A stretch of DNA of 64,000 bases from assembly GCA_963851445.1 (NCBI GenBank), contig CAWKPH010000001.1, forward strand, positions 425,363 to 489,362. Reading direction: 5' to 3'. This DNA is from an uncultured bacterium. Its GTDB lineage: Bacteria; Patescibacteriota; Minisyncoccia; Phycocordibacterales; Phycocordibacteraceae. Shown here one piece after another: positions 20,002-33,600 of this stretch. The position numbers and the translations under genes are program-made. Position 1 is the stretch's first letter; the number at the start of each line of letters is the position of its first letter. The notes under the pieces were generated by a model, which was not told the DNA's origin, did no database searches, and was given only the letters and a program-made list of their open reading frames with translations.

Positions 20002-21135
20002 ATGGATGAATTGACTCTTGATGGCGAGACGTACGTCTCGTCAAAGCGGGCTGCGAAAATTACAGGCTACGCCAAGGATTATATTGGTCAGCTTTGCCGA
20101 GAGGGCCGCGTTAAGGCTCGACAGGTAGGTCGTAACTGGTATGTTCTTGAATCATCAATTCGCGAACACCGTTTTGGCGACGATTTAAGGGATAAAGCTG
20201 AATCTAAAACGCCAAAGGTGACTTCTGGGCACTGGGAGCAGCCAAAATACTCCTCAGAATCAGTTTCTACGCTGCAGACAACTGAAAAGGTACTTCGCGA
20301 AGCCGAGCCGGTCTCGTACATTCTCCAAGAGAAGCATGAAATACGCTCTGAAATGAGCGTATTTCCGCAATTTGATTCACAAATAAATACAGCTACCGTA
20401 ACTTCTACAGTGAACCAACTCGCTGCAGATTCTTTCGCAGGTGCCACTCAAATACCCACAGCGCACGCACTTTCAAAAGAGATTACTGATTCTACAGTGA
20501 AAGAAATGCATTCAGTATGGAAGGACTGGTTCGATCACAAGGAAAGTGGCCTCTCAGCCGCGCCAATGGAAGAAATTATGTCTGAGGACACGAAAACAAG
20601 CGACATACGAGAGACTACAACGGATTCAGAGCACGAAGTAGAGAATTTAGCTGAAGAATCAGTGCCAGTTCGTATCATAAAGGCCACTGAAAGCCCCCAG
20701 GAGACCCTTGAAGAAGAAAGTAGTCCTATTCACATGGATAAAATCCAATCGGCCTCTAATGAAAGATTCGAGGCTTCCAGTCAAAGACGGGAGCCATCAT
20801 CAATACACAGATCATACTACGCTCCACCACCCACCAGACAATCGAGGGCATTTGACTCCGCAAAAGGATATGTAGATTCTACTTGGGAATCAAAACTAAA
20901 TGAGATAGGCTCATATTATCCGGGTGCTGACTCCGTTGGACGCAGGAAAGATCTGGTGGTGAAGAAAACTAGCATTCTATGGGGTTCGATACTCATAATG
21001 ATTTCAATACTATCAATTGCCGTTGCTGTGGTTGGCTCAGGTTACGCAGACCCGTTTTTAACCAAGAGTGCTCAAAAGTATCTTCCTATACAGTATCTCG
21101 TTGGGGAGAGTTCGCTAAAAAAACCAATTAATTAA
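20002..21135 (+). CDS. Membrane-anchored protein: N-terminal excisionase-like HTH (HTH_17), disordered acidic linker, C-terminal TM helix
   Basis: YVSSKRAAKITGYAKDYIGQLCREGRVKARQVGRNWYV; TM ILWGSILIMISILSIAVAVV near the C-terminus; TATAAT 6 nt before ATG. Confidence 0.85.
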   Translation: MDELTLDGETYVSSKRAAKITGYAKDYIGQLCREGRVKARQVGRNWYVLESSIREHRFGDDLRDKAESKTPKVTSGHWEQPKYSSESVSTLQTTEKVLREAEPVSYILQEKHEIRSEMSVFPQFDSQINTATVTSTVNQLAADSFAGATQIPTAHALSKEITDSTVKEMHSVWKDWFDHKESGLSAAPMEEIMSEDTKTSDIRETTTDSEHEVENLAEESVPVRIIKATESPQETLEEESSPIHMDKIQSASNERFEASSQRREPSSIHRSYYAPPPTRQSRAFDSAKGYVDSTWESKLNEIGSYYPGADSVGRRKDLVVKKTSILWGSILIMISILSIAVAVVGSGYADPFLTKSAQKYLPIQYLVGESSLKKPIN

Positions 21136-21555
21136 ATATATTTCGTCTCGTTTAAAGCATAATTTATACATTTTGTGGTCCTAAATTAAATTTTCAAATC
21201 TAAAAATAAAATATTTACATTTTTATCGGAGAGAAATGCCTTCATCTAACCAAATATTAATTTCTGCTCTGCATATTCAATATAATAGGTAGATCTAATA
21301 GCAAAGAAATTCTTAACATCTACTGATCTTCATTGAATTTGGGTTCAGACATTACTAAGTAAATCATCATATTTTTCAATTTATGGGAAAATTTTAGATT
21401 CCTTACGGTCTCTAAAAACATTTTTACTACTCTGGGAGCTAAAAATTAAAAAAATCCTCTCTATATTTTCGATCCGGTAAATTTCGCGGATGGACCTCCT
21501 CTCTCGCGGACACAGCTTAAAAATTTTCCATATACCACTCCAAAAATCGCTTTTG

Positions 21556-21564
21556 TTATCCACA
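21556..21564 (+). promoter_or_regulatory. DnaA box TTATCCACA in AT-rich intergenic region
   Basis: Perfect consensus 9-mer. Confidence 0.5.
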
Positions 21565-21617
21565 GACCATTTTTTTAGAGAATGTAAAAAATAGCTTAAA
21601 ATATAAGTAATTCGGTG

Positions 21618-21637
21618 ATCCGACTTCCATCCGACTT
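21618..21637 (+). repeat. Direct repeat ATCCGACTT x2, 11-bp period, upstream of the giant gene
   Basis: Copies at 21618-21626 and 21629-21637. Confidence 0.8.
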
Positions 21638-21656
21638 GACATGTACCTTTAATGTA

Positions 21657-24600
21657 ATGAATCAGATTTCAGAAAAAAATTTAATCTCAACGCGCCAAGC
21701 ATCAAAATTGTCGGGATACAATTCCGACTATCTTTCGCGCATGTGCCGCGAGGGAAAAATTGAAGGAACACAAATTGGACGAACCTGGTTGTTGTCGCAA
21801 GAATCTCTTGAAGATTTTGTAAGAAAGCAATCTGAGAGGAGACAGGAAATGCGCAGTTCGCTTTCGGAATCTCGAGAGAAGGAATATTACGAACGCAATA
21901 CAAGCGAAATTACGCCACTTCCCAATTTAGTTGTTCAGACCACAAACAGCGAGAAGAAGCAAATAGTCCAATTTAAATGGACTGATTTCCAAAAGAGTGG
22001 CATAACATTGGTTGCAACTCTACTGTTGCTTGTGGTCGGGCTTTCGTTGTCACAAGTAAAAGCATTTACGAGGATAGGATCAACTGTACTTACTGGAACA
22101 TTCCAAACTCACAACGGTCTCCATGATATTGCTGCTACTGCGCTTTCATCCGCACATGAATCTTCGGCTAAAGAGTTTGCTGCGAATATTTCGACAGAGA
22201 GAAAAGCATTTACAATTTTTGGATTCACAGCCTCGAATAGCGACGAATTAAGTGTTGCGAAATCTTTTGTTACACCGCTCTTACCACTTGCTCTAGAAGA
22301 AACAACGAGCACAAAAGCAATATCGAATTTGTCGCCGGAACCTCTTTCAAGTTCGAAAGCGTTTGTCGCAATGTCGGCTAGTGTGATGAGCTTACCGTCC
22401 GATATGATTGCGGCCGTAGTACCTGTTGCGGAATTTGCGATCACCAATCCGACCATTGCATCACGGGACGTACTAGGCACAGGCCTACTTGCATATGCCG
22501 AAAGTGGCGTATATGTCTACACAGCAATCCAAGGCGGATTGAATTCCTATTTGGATGCAATTCAATCGACAGGAAATGATGCACTCGCACTCGGTACGAT
22601 GGTGAGCAACATTGGCAGCGAATCTCCCTATTTCCTTGCGGGAAATGAAATTGCAATTGCCGAAACATATTCGAGAGACGTCCACGACATGTTGAATGGC
22701 TATGACAATGGGATATATGCATGGGTAAATGAATCTCCGAGAGTCGCACTCGCAATCTCAAGTGGTACCTATAAGGTTGGTAACACACTTGCGACGATCG
22801 TCGGAAACGCACCTGCTACCATCGTGAATGGATATCAGAAAAGTTCTGAAAATGTTGGGAATCTCGCGTACGGAACCATTTCTTCAAGTCATCAAGTCGT
22901 ACACGATACGGCTAAGAACCTAGCTGTATCTGTGGGAGCTTTTGCTAGCAGCACAACACAAAACGTCACGCTTACAGGTAAGGGAGCTCTTCAGGAAGCG
23001 GTTGGTAATACCAATGTTATAGGCGCTGGCACAGCACAGCTTGCCGCAGATATCGCAAGCAACACGTCCAACTCGCTACGAGTACCAGTCGTACACTCTG
23101 CCAATGAAGTAGCGGCTGTCGTGGTCCCCGCTTCGTTTAATGATTTTGGTGCACAATTCGCGGTCTTTTTACACACAGGAGTGCAAGATCTTTTCAATGA
23201 GACCAACACCCTCATCGCACTACTTCTTGGTTCATCAAATCCACGTCTTGCAGTCGTCCCAACAGTGCTTACTATTGCAGAACCAACAGGCTCGAAGAGC
23301 TCATATTCAACTCCTGAATACATAGGAAATACCGTTACGTCTACATCAATTACATCGTCAGTTCCATCGAGCAGCGTAGCCAACTCGACAAGTCAGTATG
23401 AGACCACCCCAACCTACATCATTGAACAGCCGATCACGAACATAAATGGCGTCTCGCAAAGTTATGTCGACAACGCGATAAGCAACCTTCGCGGTTTCGT
23501 GACTGAAGATATCGAGGCATCGATGAATGGACAAGGGGGAGGAGGCGGAAATTCCGGCGGTGGATCAATCTCATCAAACGGAGCAAATCTTACGAATGGA
23601 ACTCTTTCAGACTTTGCAATCGCTTCAAGCAGCTTCAATGGCGGAATTATTAGTAGCTCAAGTTTTAGCGGAGGTCCAATCTCAGCAACCATACTCACTG
23701 CTGGCACTTCAACTTTCACGGGACCAGTTACAACGAATGGCAATCTTAATGTAGGTGGCACACTTACTGCGAACATACTTAACGTTGCGAACCTCTCATC
23801 AGATGCAGGACTCATAGCTCCGTACATTGATGCGACCTCCACGACCGCAACATCGACATTCGGAGGCGATGTATCAATCGGCGGTAACCTAAATGTCATT
23901 GGGAATACGACACTAGGCCTAGCAAGTTTTACGAATGCAACTGGCACGAATCTTAATCTCGCAACGCTCACGGCAACTAACGCTACCGTCGGTTCACTCA
24001 ACATAGGAAATCTGAATGGATTTCTTAAGGCGACAGCAGGTGCGATCTCAACATCGCTCATTAACCTCACCGCAGATGTGACTGGAATACTACCAGTTGG
24101 TAATGGAGGAACAGGAAGTTCTTCGTATTCAACAAACGGAGTCATCTACGGAAATGGAACAAACGCCTTGCTTACAACAGGTCAAGGTGGAGCGAATACT
24201 GTGTTGATTGCGAACAACGGTGCACCTTCCTTCAGCAGCGCGATCACCGTCGGAACGAGTGTTAGCTCGCCAATCATAAACGCCACCAACTCCTTCGAAA
24301 TCAATGGCGCTAACATCAATACAGCGGGAGTTTTAAGTAACGTAGCGTATCTAAACCAAGCAAATACGTACTCCCAGCTGCAAACATACAACGACGGCAT
24401 CTCCGCAAACGCAATCTCAACTCCTTCACTTACGGTTGGCTCGCTCAATGGTCTTTTGTATGGCAGTAGTGGGGTTGTGGCAGCGGCGAGTGTCTCCACG
24501 CCACTTACTTTTACCGGAGGAGTGCTTGGCATTCAACAGGCCAACCTTTCGCAATCGGGCTATCTTGCGAGTGTCGATTTCAATACTTTCAATAACAAGA

Positions 24601-27600
24601 TTAGTTCTTCGTCACTTTCAGGAGGTACTGGTATTTCATACAGCCCTTCAACGGGTGTGATTGCAAACACTGGTGTCGTCTCACTCACCGGCACAACCAA
24701 TCAAATAAATGTTTCAGCTTCAACAGGAAGCATCACTCTCTCACTTCCTTCACAACTTACACTCGCCAATGCCTCAACAACAAACTTCAGTGCCAACACG
24801 CTTGCCGTTGGAGGAACGGGCACTACAAGTATCTCAAGCACTGGTGCACTCACTACCCCCTCACTTACAATCGGTTCTCTCGGCGGTCTTTTGTATGGAA
24901 ACAGTGGAGTAGTCTTGAGTACTGCAACCTCCTCCCTCGCTGTCGGCACTGGCCTCACCGTTAGCGGAGGGTCTCTCGGCTACCAAGTGGGAGGCACGAA
25001 TGCGACCATCGGTCTCGCGGCAATCTCACAAGGTTTTCTCGGGAACATTGGTAGTGCATCTGCCGTACCGACTGTACAGGCTAGTTCAACTTTCTTTACA
25101 GGCTCTACAGGCCAAGCAGCATACTTCGCATCTTCAGGTGGTCTTGTCGGTACATCAACAATCACAATTGGAACGAACAGTGATGTGGGCATCGGTACCA
25201 CATCCCCAGGTTCACTTTTCTCCGTCGGTGGTAATGATTTGATTGGCGGTAACGAAACAGTTACGGGGAATGTCACTTTCTCAGGTCTTGGCGCAGGATT
25301 TGTACAATCAAGTGCTTCGGGACTACTTTCATCAGCCGCACTGACCTCAGGTCAAGTTACTACGGCTCTAGGCTTTACACCATTTGGCGGTACGAATCCG
25401 CTCCCCATAGCAAACGGGGGGACCGCTTCAACGAGTGCTGTAACAAATGGTCTCACGTACTTCAACGGCTCCGCTCTTGAATCAGACAACACTCTCACAT
25501 GGAACCAAATACAGCTTGGCATGAATACATCGCCGTGGTTTCAGACTAACGGGACGACTTATTTGTATGCCTCATCGACAAACTTCGCCACCGTTTTCGG
25601 CATCGAAGCAGGTGGAGCCGAGGCCACCACCACTGCAACATCATACGCTGAGGTTGCCATTGGGTATAAAGCTCTTGCCGCTAATACCACAGGAAATCAG
25701 GACGAAGGCCTTGGCTACGGGGCTCTCGAGTCCAACACCGCCGGCGCTGGTAACACCGGTATTGGTTACGACGCTCTGGCTAGTAACACCGTTGGGGGTA
25801 GTAACGTAGCCGTTGGTGATGATGCTCTTGGTAGTGGCTCGGTAGGTGCGAGCGGTAACACTGCTATTGGTACTAGCGCGGGTCTCACTGTCACCGGCTC
25901 ATGGAATGCTGCTCTTGGCCTGGATGCTGCTGAAAACGGTGTGAGTGCCAACACAGCCATAGGGTATCTAGCTCTTGGTAGTGGGACGGGAGGCTTCGCA
26001 AGCAGTACTGCCGTTGGATACCAATCTCTCGACTCCGACACCACTGGTGCAGGTAACGTCGGTATTGGTTATGACTCACTCTTCTCCAACACCACTTCAG
26101 CTTCTTCAACAGCTCTTGGTAGCTACGCACTCTTCAAAAACACGGCGGCCGATAACGTCGCCGTCGGTAACGGAGCGCTCTATAGCAACACAACGGCGAT
26201 TGGTAACGTTGCGGTCGGCTACAGAGCACTCTTTCTCAACACAACAGTCGCTTCCTCAACGGCTATTGGTAGCTATGCGCTCTATAACGCCGCTGGTGCT
26301 GCTGATAACGTAGCCGTTGGAGGTGGTGCTCTGTTTGGAGGCGGTGGTGTTTCTGGAAATAACGTAGCCGTTGGTTATCAAGCTCTCACCGCTGGTACTG
26401 CCGCAGATGATGATACCGCCATTGGATCCGGTGCTGAAACCGGTGGGGGCACTGTGAATACGGCAGTTGGATATGATGCTCTCCAAAATAACGGTGGCAA
26501 CGATTATAATACGGCTGTTGGAGGTCAAGCTTTCCAGAATGGCACTGGGAGCGGAAACACTGTTCTTGGGTATGAAGCACTATCACAAGCTGGTGGCGCA
26601 AGCTTCAACACTGCCATCGGGTATGACGCCCTTTTTTATGGAGCACTGGGTCCTGGGAATGTTGGCATTGGGGCCAATGTTCTCCAGGCAAATGGAATAG
26701 GTAGCGGTAACACCGCCATCGGGTTTGACGCTGGTTTCAACAGCACTGCAGCGTCTTCGACGCTTATAGGAAACAATACAGGTTACAACATCACCACGGG
26801 TAATGACGACGACCTTCTTGGACTCCAAGCTGGTTACAACCTTACCAGCGGTTCAGACAACATCGTCATCGGCGACAACAGTGCTTCCACTACAAATACA
26901 GGTTCAGGAAACATTACGATAGGGTATGACATTTCAGGGCCACAGGCTGCTAACAATGGAAGCAATGACCTCGACATAGGTAACCTGATTTATGGCACCG
27001 GCCTTGGCGCACAGGCTTCTACAACCTCAAATGGCAACATTGGTATTGGAACAACCACCCCATCCACCACCTTCTCAAACAGTGGAAACGAATACATCGT
27101 CGGTGGTCTTGGTGTTGGCTCAGTCAATACCACTGCAGGTTCCATCTATGCGGTAGGCACCGCAACCGTGGGCAACCTCATCAACAAAGGTCTCACCGCA
27201 AACGATCTCATCTACACGAATGGATCCGATCAGGAGACTTCGGCAAGCGTTTCCTCACCGCTCACGTTCAGTGGTGGTACTCTTGCGCTCGGTACGGTAG
27301 GACAAGCGAATGGTGGCACTGGTTACACAACCTACAACCCAGGAGATATACTTTATGCGAACGGTTCTGGCAATCTCCAAACTCTTCCAGTTGGCAGTTC
27401 AGGCCAGGTACTTGAGGTTGCTGCGGGCCTTCCATCTTGGGGAACGGTCACAGTAAATGGTGGTGGCAGTGGCGATGGTATCTTTGCAACCTCAACTGGT
27501 ATCATCTACCCACTTAATACCGCAAACACTCTTATCGTTGGCAGTAACGCAACATCGACGAAAAACAGTATATTTGAAGTGCATGGGCAGGAATATATTT

Positions 27601-30600
27601 CGACCAATCTCGGCATCGGTACCACTTCTCCGTCCACGAACCTTTCGGTACAAGGTAACGAACTCCTCTCGGGAAATCTCACCGCGGCAAACATTACCGC
27701 CACAGGCACTGTGACCGTCGGAACTCTCGCGCTCACTAGCGCTCTCCCAATTTCAAGCGGTGGTACTGGCACTACTACCGCTCCCTTGGGACAACTTCTC
27801 TATGGAGGCGCTTCGGCATATCAATCGGTCGGCACTTCTTCAATCACTAGTGGTGCTGGTATTAGCTTCACCGGAACTCCGGGTGCACTAGTTGGTGGCA
27901 CGCCACTCACCATCACTAACAACGGTGTCCTATCACTTGCACAATCATATGGATCAGGACAAACTGGTGCACTTACCTTAGCCACTTCTTCAGCGCTTTC
28001 TTTCAATGGTCTCACCTTAGGACAAACCATCACCAACACCGGTGGCACTTTCACCTTCACGCCAACCTTAAGTGGCACTCTTAGTAACACCGGTCTCACT
28101 AACTCGTCGATAACGATTAACACAGCCGCAGGACTTACCGGTGGTGGCACCGTGGCTCTTGGAAGTACTCTTACGTTGAATGCGGTAAGCACCAGTGGAC
28201 TCGGGGGTTGGAATTATATTCCTGGCGGCATCTACAATTCCACCTCAACTGATCAAGTCATGATCGATGAAAGCGCCACTACTTCGAATGCTGCTCTTGA
28301 TGTTGGCGGATTCATCAATACTGATGAATACCATGGTTATGAACAAGGAGGGAATTTACTTGCGTACGCCTCGAGTACAACAGGCGTTACGATTTTTGGT
28401 TTGGGTGCTGGAGGGACGGACGCTATAAGCACCGGTCTTTACAACGATAACACCGCTATCGGATATGAGGCGCTTAATAACAACGCGGGTAGTGGTAATA
28501 ACGCTCTTGGCTACCAGGCTCTTTATTCCAACATCGGCGGTGGTGAAAACGTTGCGAATGGTGCGAGTGCTCTTTATGATCTTCAAAACGGCTCATACAA
28601 CCTAGGCGAAGGATATCAAGCCGGACTAGGTCTTATCTCTGGTTCTCGAAACGTTCTCATTGGCCCCTCAACAATTAGTGCTTCGGAGAACCAAGTCACC
28701 ACAGGCTCAGATAACATTTCCATAGGCAACGATGTCGCAATTGCTTCATCCACACTTTCCAATCAGCTTGATATAGGAAATGAAATCTACGGCACAGGAT
28801 TAAGCGGCACCGGTACGACAACCTCAAATGGCAACATCGGCATCGGCACCACTAGTCCATCCACCACATTCTCAAACAGTGGAAACGAATACATCGTCGG
28901 TGGTCTTGGTGTTGGCTCAGTCAATACCACTGCAGGTTCCATCTATGCGGTAGGCACCGCAACCGTGGGCAACCTCATCAACAACGGTCTCACCACCAGT
29001 GACCTCATCTATACAAACGCTTCTGACCAAGAAACTTCAGTGGGAACCTCCTCCCTCGCAGTTGGCACGGGTCTCACCGTCAGTGGAGGATCTCTCGGTT
29101 ATCAAGTAGGAGGTACTAGCGCAACCATCGCTCTTGCCTCTATTCCAAATGGTGACGTCCTTGCTAACGGCACTGGTGCAAGTGCTGCACCAACGGCAGT
29201 GGCAACTTCAACGCTGTATGGCACTGGTACCGGTGGTCAAATCCTCGCCTGGAACAATGGAGTACCACAGTGGGTGGGTACCTCAACCATAGCCGGAACA
29301 AACTACTTCACTAATTCAGGTGCCTCCACCTATCTCTCTACAGGATATAACCTCGGTATAGGTACAACGACACCATTCTCTAGCCTTTCGGTCTCAACTA
29401 CGACAGCATCCGCAGGAACATACTCGCTATTTGCAGTTGCAAGTAACACAAATGCAACACTTTTTAATGTACTCGGAAATGGAGACGTGGGTATTGGAAC
29501 AACCAGTCCATCCACCACCTTCTCAAACAGCGGGAACGAATACATCGTGGGTGGTCTCGGCATAGGTTCAGTGAACACAACCGCAGGCTCGATCTATGCA
29601 ACAGGAAATGCAACCGTGGGCAACCTCATCAACAATGGTCTCACCACCGGCGATCTCATCTACACAAATGGTTCTGACCAGGAAACCTCCGCCAGTGTCT
29701 CCCTGCCGCTCACATTCACTTCCGGAACACTTGCCATCAATCAAGCCGGATCACTTAGCAGTGGATACTTGAGTAGTACAAATTGGAATACCTTCAACAA
29801 TAAACAAAACGCAATCACCCCTGGTACTGGCCTCTCATTCACAGGGAATACCCTCAATTCAATCTTCACGTTAAGTGGTAACAACATATACAACAATTCG
29901 GGAACCAACCTAGGCATCGGTACCACGTCTCCAGGTCAGACACTCGGTATTCAGGGCAATGGTCTGTTTGCAGGAAATTTACAATCCACGAACCTCACCG
30001 CCACCGGCACCGCAACCGTGGGCAACCTCATCAACAACGGTCTCACCACCAGTGACCTCATCTATACAAACGCTTCTGACCAAGAAACTTCAGTGGGAAC
30101 CTCCTCCCTCGCAGTTGGCACGGGTCTCACCGTCAGTGGAGGATCTCTCGGTTATCAAGTAGGAGGTACTAGCGCAACCATCGCTCTTGCCTCTATTCCA
30201 AATGGTGACGTCCTTGCTAACGGCACTGGTGCAAGTGCTGCACCAACGGCAGTGGCAACTTCAACGCTGTATGGCACTGGTACCGGTGGTCAAATCCTCG
30301 CCTGGAACAATGGAGTACCACAGTGGGTGGGTACTACCACTGCAGGTACAGGTCTCACCTACAACCAAGGCTCCCCAGGCAACTTCAGTGTGAACACCTC
30401 ACAAAACATCTCAACCTTATCAAACCTCACCTCCAATGGCTTCGTCATAACCACCGGAGGAACCGGAGCACTCTCTATACAAGCTTCACCAATTACGCTA
30501 GCTGAGGGAGGCACCAATGCCACCTCCTTCACAACGAGTGGCAACGCTGTCTACTACAACGGCACCTCATTAGTCACTGCTCCTACAAACTCAGCGGTCA

Positions 30601-33600
30601 CGATTCCGTATGCTTCAACGACTGCATTCTCAGCAGCTAACGGAAACATTTCAGGAACACTTGGTATTGGTACCACCTCCCCTTACGCCGCTCTCTCGAT
30701 ATTTGCTGGGGGCAACTATGCTGGACTCGCACCTGCAACACTTTTTGCTGTCGGTTCCTCTTCGGCAGGAAATGCAACCTCCACTCTATTCAATGTCCTA
30801 AGTTCAGGGAATGTGGGCATTGGTACCACATCTCCATCTACCACTTTCTCAAACAGCGGGAACGAATACATAGTCGGCGGTCTCGGTGTTGGTTCGGTGA
30901 ACACCACCGCTGGTTCCATCTATGCAACAGGAAATGCAACCGTAGGCAACCTCATCAACAACGGTCTCACCGCAGGCGATCTCATTTATACCAACAATTC
31001 AAATCAGGAAACTTCTGCCACTGTTTCTTTGCCTCTCACCTTCAGTGCAGGGGGAGCACTTGCCATCAATCAAGCGGGCTCACTCGGTAGCGGTTACCTT
31101 AGCAGCACAGACTGGAACACCTTCAACAATAAACAAAATGCAATCACTCCTGGTACTGGTTTGTCATTTAGTGGCAATACCCTCAACAACACCGGCGTTA
31201 CCTCGATTGCTACTGGTAACGGAATCACAGGCGGAACGATTACCACTACGGGCACTATTGGTCTTGCAACCATCAATGCGGGTGTACTTGGTGCAGTTAC
31301 AAGTGGTTCTGTTCCTACATCTCAGGCAACCTCAACGCTTTATGGTCTAGGAATAAACGGTTATGTTCTTTCAGAAGTTGGGGGCACCCCAACGTGGGTT
31401 GCGACGACCACACTCTCGACTATTTCAGGAACACTCAACCTTTCTAATCAGGTCAGCAATACTCTTGGTGTCGGTAATGGTGGCACTGGTAATTCCTCAG
31501 TCGCTGACGGGGCACTTCTATTCGGTGGCCCGACGGGAGGCACAACAGCTCTTACAGCTCTCGCTACATCCACCGCAGGAGATTTCCTTCAACTTTCAGC
31601 AACAACAGGCCGTCCTAACTGGGCTGCAACACTCGGAATAGCTAACGGTGGTACTGCAACCGCCACGGCCGTCACAAATGGGGTGTACTACAACAATGGC
31701 TCAAGTGCAGAAGCAGACAACACTCTCACATGGAACCAAATACAGCTTGGCATGAATACCTCGCCGTGGTTCCAAACTCTAGGAAAAACATTTGTCTACG
31801 CCTCCACGACGAACCAAGATACCGTTCTTGGTCTTAACGCAGGAGGTAACAATGCCACGACAACTGCAACAGTTGAGAATGAGACCGCAATCGGATACGG
31901 TGCTCTCGAATCGGATACCACAAGTTTAGGTGCGACAGCCGTAGGTACAGGTGCTCTCAATTCCGACACATCAGGTAATTACGAGACTGCTGTTGGCTAT
32001 GATGCTCTCAATAACAACACTACTGGTGGTGGCGACTCAGCCTTCGGGTACGATGCTCTTTTCACAAGCGCAAACGCAAACTCTGCTTCTGACACGGCCG
32101 TAGGTGCTTTTGCAGGATATAAAGCCAATGAAGGAACTTCTGGCGGTAGCACCTTTGTTGGTAATGGTGCTGCTTTTAACAGTACTGGTGGAGTCAACAA
32201 TGATGCCTTTGGCTATCGAGCACTTTATAAAAACGCTGGTAACTCGTCCTCGACTGCAATAGGTAGTTTTGCCCTTTACAACAACACCGCCGCCGACAAC
32301 GTAGCTCTTGGTGGAGGCGCATTGTTTACGAACACGACGGGTTCTGGTGAAACAGCTTTGGGGTATCAAGCACTAAACTTAAGTACCGGCGCTAGTAACA
32401 CAGCTATCGGCAACTCTGCGCTTCTTGATAACGCCGCAGGAGCTAGTAATACAGCTATAGGTTTTGAAGCGGGCCAAGGCCTCACTACAGGATCTGATAA
32501 TGTTGCTATTGGAGCTAATACTTTTGCTTCTGGTAATGCGGCTGGTGCAGCCAATGACACAGCCGTTGGTTATCAATCTCAAACTGACACGTATGGTGAA
32601 GCCACAGGCAACACGTCTCTTGGGTGGGAGGCTCTTGCGGCTGGCAATAACGCTAACAACACTGCTATCGGCTCTGGCGCCATTTCATTTGCTGGCATCA
32701 GTAAACAACCAGGGCCAGGAAATACGGCTGTTGGATTCGATGCTCTTTATAACGCTGGTAATGCTGCTAGTCAGACTGAATCTTCCTCCACAGCTGTAGG
32801 TGGTTTTGCGGGATATAACCTAACATCTGGCTCAGATGATAATCTCTTCGGAACAGCTGCTGGCTACAGCCTTACCACAGGCTCAAATAACATCATCATG
32901 GGAGACTACACCGCCTCCACCTCAGACGTAGCGGGCTCAAACAACATCTATATTGGTTACGACATCTCAGGAAACGGTGCTCCTACAGATTCAAGCGACA
33001 ATCTCGACATAGGTAACTTGATTTATGGGACCGGTCTCGGTGCACAGGCTTCCACAACTTCGACAGGAAGTGTAGGGATAGGGACGACCTCTCCTTATGC
33101 TACTTTCTCCGTATTCGCAGGAGGCAATTATGCGGCACTCGCACCTGCGACACTCTTTGCCGTTGGCTCCTCCTCAGCAGGAAATGCAACATCCACTCTA
33201 TTCAATGTCCTAAGTTCAGGGAATGTGGGTATCGGTACTACCTCACCAGAATCTAAGCTCACAGTCACAGGTGCAGCTTGTATTTCTACAGGGAATGTTG
33301 GTGCTAACGCTTGTGTGAATACTCCAGGTAACATCAGTTATACAACAGCGAACACTGCCGGATACGACGTCGCAGAAGATTACGGTTCAGTAAACGCAAG
33401 CTCAACGGTGCCTGGAACGATCGTTGCGCTAGATACGCAAGTGGCTGGTGAAAGTATCGAAACGGCAATGCAGGGACAGACGATACTAGGCGTCGTGTCT
33501 ACGGCTCCAGGTATGGTACTTGGAGGTTCCCATGGTGGCGCACTCAAACTTTACCAAGTTCCCGTAGCGCTCTCCGGACGTATTCCTGTGAACGTAGATA

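Noticed and set aside
21136-21614. Chromosomal oriC
   Set aside because: Only one perfect DnaA box and no dnaA/dnaN context
27040-33250. CRISPR array or DGR template/variable repeat pair
   Set aside because: Repeats are long, in frame and lack unique spacers or adenine-specific differences; no cas or reverse transcriptase gene seen
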